From Gonapodya sp. JEL0774 (Eukaryota), in the NCBI GenBank assembly GCA_027604505.1, contig JADIIX010000009.1, forward strand, positions 124,001 through 188,000: DNA of 64,000 bases, read 5' to 3'. Positions 63,576 through 64,000 of the stretch are shown here, in pieces. Below the pieces are notes generated by a model that saw nothing but the letters and a program-made list of their open reading frames with translations, did no database searches and was not told where the DNA came from. The position numbers and the translations under genes were made by a program. The stretch's first letter is position 1, and every line of letters begins with the position of its first letter.

Positions 63576-64000
63576 ATGGTGATCTACGCAAACAAGACAA
63601 CTTCACGCCGCAAGCATTGGAGTGCGTGGAGGCCACGCAGGTTCAGATGGGGCGAGTCATTCCGCTCTGAACGAGAAGTCGTTGGGGTGCCGCACATATG
63701 CACGGTCCCTCCATATATCCCTGCCCCTGAAGCACTCATCGACTTGACACTCTCAGCCATTTCTCTCCGCCGTTTTTTCTCTTCGGGGCCTGCTCCCCTC
63801 AGGACCCATCTTCCCGTCCTGCTCAATGACGTCATCCAAGCTCTGATTCCCGCAGATGGTAAGCTTGTTTCCTTGCTTCCCTTCCATCCTCCCTTTCCTT
63901 ATGTCCTCCTGATTCCCTCTTTTACATTATACCCGACTTAGGCGAATGGTACATTGATGGGACTTTTGGCAACGGCGGATACACGAGAAAAATTCTCGGT
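63576..64000 (+). CDS. METTL15: Mitochondrial SSU rRNA m4C methyltransferase RsmH/MraW/METTL15 (3' partial; start uncertain)
   Basis: HLPVLLNDVIQAL followed, after intron ~63859-63941, by GEWYIDGTFGNGGYTRKIL, the RsmH N-terminal HxPVL and DxTxGxGG[HY] motifs. Confidence 0.85.

Overview
This is eukaryotic, intron-rich, very compact fungal genomic DNA carrying about 25 protein-coding genes with GT-AG introns. The gene content (XPO7, TSC2, SCAI, FAM184, METTL15/RsmH) suggests an early-diverging, probably zoosporic fungus; that is inference. Left to right the genes are: a partial RGG-rich protein, DIC1, PUS4, a HECT E3 ligase, CRD1, XPO7, TMEM115, TSC2, a hypothetical gene, a Zn-ADH, ALG1, SDO1, a FAM184-like gene, an FHA+HMG-box gene, prefoldin 6, VIP1, RSM27, TRS31, NDUFB10, VMA10, RPL3, SCAI, RPB5, a Sos7/Zwint-like kinetochore gene and a partial METTL15. 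I found no rRNA, tRNA, CRISPR array or intact transposon, and no clearly new multi-gene system. The best leads are the spliced FHA-HMG protein, a ~200-aa NLS/SUMO-motif insert inside the PUS4 catalytic domain, a structured long intron in NDUFB10, a ~330-bp dispersed repeat present twice, the RWD-like tail of the Sos7-like protein, an LSD1-like Zn finger revealed only by splicing, and ~100-bp intergenic spacers. All exon boundaries were inferred by eye, and several 5' ends are approximate.
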